A DNA stretch of 64,000 nucleotides from Thalia democratica (lineage: Eukaryota), in contig OZ241832.1 in NCBI GenBank assembly GCA_965202585.1, positions 46,190,001 through 46,254,000 on the forward strand. The letters are read 5' to 3'. Made by a program: the position numbers and the translations under genes. Of the stretch, positions 54,501-64,000 are shown in pieces. Under the pieces are notes generated by a model that was not told where the DNA came from, searched no databases, and saw nothing but the letters and a program-made list of their open reading frames with translations. Within the stretch, counting starts at the first letter, position 1. Each line of letters opens with the position of its first letter.

Positions 54501-56396
54501 AGTTACATCAAAAACAAAGTAAAAGTGGAGAAATCATAGCAAGCTTAACTATTTAACTAACAATGGAAAGCGATAAAATATAAATTTAAAGTGAGATGTG
54601 GTGTTCTTGGATCGTTTATAAGCATAAAGTGGATTGAGAATGAAAGTGTGTGAGTTTAGTAGACATTAGCAGCTTGTATAACTGATTGGTGGTGCACGTA
54701 AGCTTTAGACTTATGGAAAGAATGATTACAGTAGTTTTTATTTGTGTCATGTACAGCCTAAAAACGAGATACAAAAAATGGTAACAACTTTTTTTCTTTG
54801 TATCATGTTTTTATGTGTAGTTGTTTTTATTTGATAAAGCCACTAACAATTTGAGTTGAACACACCATCCTAAGGTTAATACAAATATTTCAACAGTACT
54901 GTTAAATTGTTGTTATACTTAAATTGAATGTTTGTTTGAAAAAACGCTGTTTTTTACATAAATGAATTGTACAACTTTTAATAACTTTTTAACGGTTTCA
55001 GTTGCATTCTTATTAACAAGATTAATACATTTTGAAAATAAAATCCAAGTTTAGTTGCTGTAATTGAGTCAAGTAAGTATATATTATTGCAAAGTTAAGT
55101 TTTTCTCTCATTGTAATTGAATGTATTATTTTCATTCAAACTTTTATTTTTACTTTTAAGTGACATAGCACTATTTCTTTTAATAAACAAAATTCAAATT
55201 TTTTTAAATGTTTGAAAAACAAGTCCACAAAGTAGAATGAATCAAAACAAGTTTTGTTTAAACAAGAAAATGCCTATGGAAATTTTTACCTAACACTTAG
55301 ATACTAAATATTATTCCACAGTTTAAGCAATGATTTCAAACATAACTAGCTCTTTCTCAAAAAGAGTTTCATCAAGTAAAAGTAAAACAAAAACTATAGT
55401 AAGTGTAACTAAGTGGTAAGACAGGAAAACAGGGATATTATCACTCATAAGTAAACTGTATTATCCAAGTATACTAACTGTTAATCCACCAACACAATGT
55501 AGATTAAGGTTTGTACATTTTGTCGTTTTATTAAGGCTTGTTTGACACAGTTTAGAGACTCTAGTAGCTGGTTAAATCAATTGGTTGTCCTGATTACTTT
55601 AGATTTAAGGCAAATATAAACTAAACTAAAGCATTATAGTTGTTTTAGGTCATCAAGTTGTATCATATCTAGTTTTTACCTTAAAATATATGAAACAAGT
55701 GGTACAAGCTGTTACTTTTTTTCTTTTGTACCATGTTTCAGCTAATGAATTGACTTGTTTCATATGGTGGCGTTTTAACTTGACAATATATCTAAACAAG
55801 CTAAGTTTATGTTAGCTTTGTAAGAAAGAATAATTAACTGTACTTGAAAATCACACTTGTTATTTTTGTTCTGAACTTTTACTTCCATTTTTGTACTTTC
55901 AAAAACGTGTTCCACGGTTTCAATCGCATTCAAAATGTTAAGAAGAACACACTTGAAAAGTTATAGCTCATTGTGTTACTTACAAACAACAAAAACTTAA
56001 AAAGATAATTTAAGTTGTTTTTTTTTTGTTATAAGTTGAACATAAAGTTTTTTTAAAAACGAATACACTTACTTACTGAATGTTTTAACAGAAGTTCAAC
56101 AAATGAATAAGAAGTAGTTTTCTTTATAAAAAATGTTAAGAAGAAAATAACTTACGGACAATATATTCAAGTTAGTTAAACCTTTTTTGCAAATATTTTT
56201 ATTGCTACTACTATTTTTTTCATGTTAGATTTATTCCATAATGTAAGAGTTGAGTAGGACAAAATAGTTTGTCTTTTTATTTGTATAAATATCAATATGT
56301 TGGTATTACTGTTAAAGCAAATTTTACTTACAAGTAGTTATCTAATAGCTGGTTTTATTCAAATGGTGGTCCTAAAAAGGACCGGTTGTTGAGCAT

Positions 56397-56756
56397 TTAT
56401 TTTGAGCTGGTGTATTTGGTAACAGCTTTAGTTCCTTCTGAAACTGCGTGCTTTGACAACTCGCCGGGGAGCAAGAGCCTGACAGCAGTTTGAATTTCGC
56501 GGCTGCTCACAGTTGACCTCTTGTTGTAATGAGCCAAACGTGAAGCCTCTGCTGCAATGCGCTCGAAGATGTCGTTGACAAAAGAGTTCATGATTCCCAT
56601 CGCCTTGCTGGAGATTCCGGTGTCGGGGTGCACTTGCTTCAAAACTTTGTACACGTAAATGCCAAAGCTTTGTTTGTGCCTCCTCCTTCGCTTCTTCTTG
56701 CCGTCGACCGGAGTGGTCTTGGCTACTGATTTCTTCGCGCCTTTGGTAGCTGTCAT
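56397..56756 (-). CDS. H2B: Histone H2B (U6)
   Basis: Intact 119-aa ORF. Confidence 0.98.
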   Translation of the reverse strand: MTATKGAKKSVAKTTPVDGKKKRRRRHKQSFGIYVYKVLKQVHPDTGISSKAMGIMNSFVNDIFERIAAEASRLAHYNKRSTVSSREIQTAVRLLLPGELSKHAVSEGTKAVTKYTSSK

Positions 56757-56898
56757 AATGATGAGTGAACTTGAGTCTCGGCGCTGGTATATATACTGAA
56801 AATTTATGCAAATTAGCAGTTCTGTACGCGAACGACCGCTTCTCTCGTTTGTCGTAAATGTTTTAGGTGGTCCTGAAAAGGACCTGGGATGTTTAAAC

Positions 56899-57279
56899 TT
56901 AGGCGGACTTTTTTGAAGCGGTCTTCTTAGGCAATAATACTGCCTGGATGTTTGGAAGAACACCACCTTGAGCAATAGTGACGCCTCCGAGAAGTTTGTT
57001 CAACTCTTCGTCGTTGCGGATAGCTAGTTGCAAATGGCGAGGAATGATCCTGCTTTTCTTGTTGTCACGAGCAGCGTTACCGGCAAGCTCGAGCACTTCT
57101 GCGCTCAAGTACTCGAGAACGGCAGCCAGATAAACTGGAGCACCAGCTCCGACTCTTTGGCTGTAGTTGCCAGTGCGCAACAGACGGTGCACGCGACCGA
57201 CTGGAAACTGCAGTCCTGCACGAGAAGACCTGCTCTTCGGCTTAGATTTGAGTTTTGATCCTTTACCACGTCCCGACAT
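56899..57279 (-). CDS. H2A: Histone H2A (U6)
   Basis: Intact 126-aa ORF. Confidence 0.98.
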   Translation of the reverse strand: MSGRGKGSKLKSKPKSRSSRAGLQFPVGRVHRLLRTGNYSQRVGAGAPVYLAAVLEYLSAEVLELAGNAARDNKKSRIIPRHLQLAIRNDEELNKLLGGVTIAQGGVLPNIQAVLLPKKTASKKSA

Positions 57280-57458
57280 GTTGTTGTTCGAATGATTGTG
57301 CAATGTTACTTCCACAGCTACATATACAACTCAAACCTAACCGCGACGAACGAAAAGCTAATTTGCATAAATCGTAGCTGCTACTTTAATTTGTCAATGG
57401 TTGCAAAATACATTTTATTGATATAGGTGGTCCTAAAAAGGACCGGTTCGCTAATTGT

Positions 57459-57833
<375 letters not shown>

Positions 57834-57955
57834 TTACGACAAAACTCATTTGCATACCAAAAAGAAACATCTTTAATTTACATTATTTCGTTTGGTTTTT
57901 GTCTCATTTTCAAAGTTTAAAGGTGGTCCTGAATAGGACCGGTTTTAGCCAATTC

Positions 57956-58468
<513 letters not shown>

Positions 58469-58549
58469 TTAGTAACACTGTTTACGTTTTAAATTTTGTT
58501 TATACTTTAATTGAGTGGTCCTGAAAAGGACCTTGGGTAAAAGAACAAC

Positions 58550-59134
58550 TTATTTCTTGCAGCTCTTCTTGGTACTTGCCTTCTTAGATGCTTTTTTGGC
58601 TGCCGGCTTCTTCTTTGTTACTTTCTTCTTCTTGCTTGCAGCTTTTTTAGATGCTGCCTTCTTAGGAGCACACTTTTTAGCAGGTCGCTTTTTGGCTGCT
58701 GGTTTTTTTGCTGCCTTCTTGGGAGCACACTTCTTCACTCGTTTTTTAGCTGCGGTCTTCTTTACTGCTGGCTTTTTAGCTACTTTTTTTGTCCTCTTCT
58801 TGGGACCAGCAGCTGGCATTGGAGCAAGCTTGAACGAGCCAGAAGCGCCTTTTCCAGTAGTCTGGAGAAAAGCACCCTTGGTCACGCCGCTGGTAAGTGC
58901 TCTCTTCAAGTGAGAATTAGAAGCTGAGAGCTCAAGCTTGTAGGTTTCCGCGATAAACTTTTGTATCTTCTGGCGGGATGTACCTTTTCGTTCTTTCATT
59001 GCTCCCAGGGCAGAGCTGATCATTTCCCTGTAAGTCGGGTGTTCTGCCTTCTTGGCGCTTGGTCTCTTGGAAGACCTGGCCTTAACTGCGGCCGGTGCCG
59101 CTGCTGATGGTGCTGCTACTGCTGTTGTAGACAT
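58550..59134 (-). CDS. H1: Histone H1 (U6)
   Basis: Intact 194-aa ORF. Confidence 0.97.
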   Translation of the reverse strand: MSTTAVAAPSAAAPAAVKARSSKRPSAKKAEHPTYREMISSALGAMKERKGTSRQKIQKFIAETYKLELSASNSHLKRALTSGVTKGAFLQTTGKGASGSFKLAPMPAAGPKKRTKKVAKKPAVKKTAAKKRVKKCAPKKAAKKPAAKKRPAKKCAPKKAASKKAASKKKKVTKKKPAAKKASKKASTKKSCKK

Positions 59135-61319
59135 TTTGTATGTTGATTAAAGAAAGCAAACAATACTTTCAGCAGTTACTGACTGTGACGAATTGACTGT
59201 TGAGCAGTTTTGCTTTCTCAGGTACCTTTTACTGATTAATACGAACATTAGCGTGTGAGTTTAAAGCCTGTATGCTAATAAAAGCAAAGTTGCTTTACTA
59301 CTAATGTTAAAAATGTTCCAGTGATAAAGAAACAAGACTTAGCCCGATCCAGAAGTGAATTTTTTTTTAAAGGTTAGCTTTAAAAGTCCAGAAAAACAGT
59401 CTAAATGCTACAGCACATCTCTCCATTTAGTGAGATAAACCACAAATGAAACAAATTATACTACTACACACCCGACTTAGTTTTCTTAAGCTGAAAGGTT
59501 AAAGTAGTAAAGTTTTAGACAAGGACAAGTGTTTTTTTTCATCTCAAGCTCAAGCAAAGTTTTATTATTTTATTTCCAGCCAGCTTTGTTAACCGTAAAA
59601 CCCATGAAGTATGTTTAACTTGATTACATTTTAAACTGTGCTGATTTGTAAAAAAAAACCGAAAAATGCACAAGTATTCGTTTTGTGTGATTTTACTAGT
59701 TATCATTACCTTAAATTTACTCATAATAAAAAGGGTAGTACTAAAAAAATTAATTACACCATCTAATTCAATTTAACTACTTAAGTTTTAAGTTTGTTCT
59801 TGCACATACTAGTCACTTACCTTCTCAAAAACGCGCTGAACATATAAAAAGTTACAAACACATCAAAAGTTACAAACAAAAGTTTAAAAGCAAGTAGGTT
59901 TGTTTTAAAAAGTGCCAATAAGTTTATGTAAAAAGAAAGTAGTTACACAGTTAAAAGTATTTAAAATAACTTTTCAAACTGTTTGTTTTAGTTTTTCAAC
60001 AACGTTTTATCTGTTATACTCGAAACTGAACTAAGACTTTTCTTTGCAGATTTTACAAATAGATTTGATCGTAACTTTCCAAAGCAAGATAAAACTGTTT
60101 ACATTTAAATAAACATCAGTACTGTTCAAAGAATTTTTGCAAGACCAAAATATCAATACGAAGTTATTAAAAAGTTTCTTATCAATGCTTATTACGAGAA
60201 GAAAAGTCTTACGTAAAAAAAGATGTTAGGCTTATTTTTAAAGCAGTATTAAAAAAGAAGCGTTCCTAAACAAAAAAAAGTTAAAAATCAAACAGTATTG
60301 AAGCAATAATCTTTCAAAACTCATTTGAAAACCTTAATGTTTAGATAAACTTTCGTGTACAATCAGTACTTAAAAGGTTGCAATGTGTTTAACAAAGTAA
60401 ATGTTTTTTAGAGTAATACAGTTAAAGTTTATTATTCCAAAGTTTGTTTCGTCGTTTCAAAACTAGATAAAACAAATTGAAACACCTTCACTACATATTT
60501 TGAAGCATCGTCAACTGATCAAAGAAACAAAACTACAATTCGAGTAAAATAAAAATGACTTGACCAAATAATGAAGCAGTATGATCGAAGAAGTGTATAC
60601 GTTTTAAGTTAAAGTATGTTTAACTCAATTACAACTGCTCAACTACTAAAAGTAGCTTCTAAGTGTACTAAAAACTAGATTCACCGCAATGTTCTGCACA
60701 ATGTAGGCAGTTGACTAAATGTTTTGCTATGATTAATTCTAAAAAGATTGTTAAACCATTACTAGTTATCTCTGACTTGGTATTAATGTTAATCCAAGCT
60801 CATTATAAACAAGTTATCTTTTGTTCTCAGGTGTTTCGAACACTTCTGTTGTAACAACAGCATTTGAGTTTGTAAAAACATGACCAATATGTTTTAGTTA
60901 TTGCTTTGTCTTTTAATTTATGATCTTTTCTTATCTCAAACATGTACATTGCTTAATCACTTATACTATCGTAGAACTTGTACAAACAAACTTAAGTAGT
61001 GTTAAACTACATATGCTTTTTAGTTTAGCTAATTAGTTATTTTGTATGTAGTATAAAACTAGTTAATTTCTGTCTTATAATGTTGCTATGTCGTTACACT
61101 GTAATGATATTGTGTACTCTAACAACTAAAAATCAAAGCTGAATAGTTTTATGAAGCTTGAAGCTAAGAAAAAAATGTGAAAAGTAAAGACTAGAAAGGC
61201 TTAATTTATTTTAATTAGTTAGAACAAAGTGGGCTCTAAACATAAGAAACACTTAAGCTAACATTCTACAAGTTTCAGACAGCTTATTTGTTTATGATCG
61301 CTTTTTTTTGCTGCTAGAC

Positions 61320-61430
61320 GCCTACGACCATACCACACTGAACGCACCCCATCTCGTCCGATCTGGGAAGTTAAGCAGTGTCTTAGTACTTGATGGGTGA
61401 CCGCTTGGGAATACCGCGTGCCGTAGGCTT
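61320..61430 (+). rRNA. 5S: 5S rRNA-like gene, internally deleted (U7)
   Basis: Same 110-nt sequence plus T-run. Confidence 0.92.
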
Positions 61431-64000
61431 TTCTTTTTGAGCTGTTGTATGTTGGATCAATGATTTATACCGATCATATACATTTTTCGTTTATCTTAAA
61501 CTTATCTTACTTTAAAAAAACATAACTTAAAACAAACAGTTGAAGCAGTTTTGAGTCATCAAGTTGTGTCATACATAGTGTTCAATTGAGTTACAAAGCT
61601 GTATACTTCTTTTCCTTTGCATAACGTTTCAGCTGTTAGTATTTTTATGTATTGATGTTTTTATTTGAAAAATCCATAAGCTACTATGTTCAAAAAAAAA
61701 GTCTAGGGTTTGTAAAACGAAAGATTTAATGATGGTTGTACTGAAACTGTATGCTTTTGATTGTCTTTTTTTTGTTTTGAACAATCACAGTTGTTTACAT
61801 TTATTTGTTGTATAACTTTGAAACTGTTTTTTATGTTAAGTTTTAAATTGAATTTCAACAAACATGATTAATATAGCTTTTTTAATTAAACCTCAAATGA
61901 TCGAGTACTTTAATAATAATACAAAGTTTATTTAAAGTATAAAATAAAAACTAACTGTTTTATTTTAATTTCAAAATATAATCGTTACTTATAGTGACGT
62001 AGGACAAATTTTTAAAAACAAACTAAGTAGTTATTTAATGAAAAAAAAACAAGTATACAAAGTAAGCGTATATGAGAATAAGTTTTGTGCAAATAAAGAA
62101 GTTTTTAAGAAAAAGCCTACGGACAACACACTGAAGTTAGTTGAAGCTTTTTATGAAACATTCAATTATAACTTATTCATAGAACTTGTTCAACGATTTA
62201 AACAATACTTTTAAAACATAACTAGCTCCTTTCTCAAAGTAGTTGAAAATGGTCAGATAAAATTACAAAAGCAATTATAAGGAGCTCAAAAAGCGTTATG
62301 TTTTATTCAACTAGCTCTAACTCTTACTTTTGATCTTTTACCAGCACAAAGTTGTTAAAATTGTACACATATTTTGTTTAGTTAATGGTAGTTTAATACT
62401 GCTTAGTAGACATTAAAAGCTAGTTAAACAAATAGGTAGATTACCATAGATTTATAAAAAAGCATAGTAAAAAAAAAACTGTTAAAGCCGTTTTAAGCTA
62501 TCAAATTTTATTATATGTGGCTTAGATAAGTGATATGTACCATGAAAAAGTGATAGAATTAAATGATAACATCCTGTTACTTCTTTTGTACCAATTGATT
62601 TAGTTTGATTTAAATGTTGATGCTTTAACTTGATAAAGCTATAAGCAATGTTAAATCAATTAAACAATGCAATTTTTTTAAAGTTAAAGACTCGAATTGT
62701 TCTTTTTTGTTCATGTTGTATACTTGTTGATGTTGTTTTTTGCTTATGTTTTTTATGAGTTTTAAATTGCAATGCATGTTTTCAATTGTGTTTTAGTTGA
62801 AGTTTGAAGTTTTCTGAAACAAGATCAAATAAAGCTGTGAACAATTTGAGTTCAATAAAACAGTTTTAAGCTTTGTAAAAAGATTTTGGTCGTGTTACTT
62901 CATGATTGTTGTACTGAGATCGCAAGTTTGTTAATGGTTTTCATTTTGACTTGAACATCTACTGTTGTTTACACATGTATATTTTACAACTCTAAACTGT
63001 TTTATATAGTTTGAAATACATGCAATAAATAGTAATAAAAAATTCTAGAAGCTATTGATGAGATTTTTTTATAATAAACAAACTTAAGCTTATTTTGTTA
63101 CAATTTAATGTATTATTTTCATTTAAAAATATAACATTTTTTTACGATGACGTAGAATTTTTTTTTTTAGATAAACTAAATATTTGTTAGATATTGCAAA
63201 AAGAAGTAAACAAAGTAAGCATAGTGGGAATAAGTATTGTTTGAAAAAATAACTTAACGAGAAAATCCTATGGACACAAAAATCAAGTTAGTTAATGCTT
63301 TTTGCAAAAGTTTAATTACATGTAGCGTAAGAGACTTAAGCGATGCATTTTAATTGCAACTAGCTCCATCCTCACAAGTAGTTTAAAATGTCATGTAAGA
63401 GAACCAAAACAATTGTAAGTACAACAAAGTGACTAAAAAATAAAACATAAAAGTAAAACTTTAAGTAAAGTGTGTTATACAAACATTCTATATGAACTTT
63501 TACCTTGCTTTTGGGCTTTCACCAGCACAAGGAACATTAAGTTTGGTACATTTTTGTCGTTTAGTTAGAGATTGTTTAACACTGCTTAGTGGGCATTAGT
63601 AAACAGTTAAATTAAGTGGTTGTCCTGATAACTTTACATTTATAACAAAAATAACTAATGACAAACTGTTTAAGTCGTTTTAAGTCATCAAGTTGTCTCA
63701 CATGTAGTTGTAACAAGTAACACAAATGAATGGTAAGAAGCTGTTACTTCTTTTCCTGTGTACCATGTTTCAGCTAATGAATTGGTTTGTTTCATATGTT
63801 TGAATAGTTAAGCAACCTAATAAATAGAAGTCGTCTTTGGAAAATTATAGTTTTAGGTATATACTTTCATCATTTATTTAAGCTGTTTTTGTTTAGGTCA
63901 ATTGTGTGCTTGTTGATAGTATTATGTTTCTTTTGAACAATCGATGTTGTTTACATTTATGTATTGTAATGTATGAATTTTGAATAGCTATGCATGTTTT

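Overview
AT-rich eukaryotic (invertebrate-type, inferred) DNA consisting of a tandem array of ~9.88-kb histone gene repeats; about 6.5 units lie in the window. Each unit has a ~6.2-kb non-coding spacer and a compact quintet of intronless replication-dependent histone genes, all on the minus strand, in transcription order H1>H3>H4>H2A>H2B. Each gene has a 3' stem-loop and an octamer motif in its promoter. Every spacer carries one plus-strand 5S rRNA-like gene, ~110 nt long, with the same internal 8+1-nt deletion. The rest of the spacer is a decayed ~1-kb sub-repeat with a conserved motif cassette, which may be a fossil 5S array. Units are numbered U1-U7 from each 5S copy (836, 10690, 20577, 29784, 41553, 51440, 61320). 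U1-U4 each carry at least one disrupted histone gene; U5 and U6 have five intact ORFs. In U4 a 4.49-kb Ty3/Gypsy fragment replaces ~2.6 kb (spacer end, H2B, H2A, most of H4). It contains protease, an internally deleted RT/RNase H and integrase, and appears circularly permuted. No database searches or alignments were run: alignments were done by eye and family assignments rest on recognised motifs.
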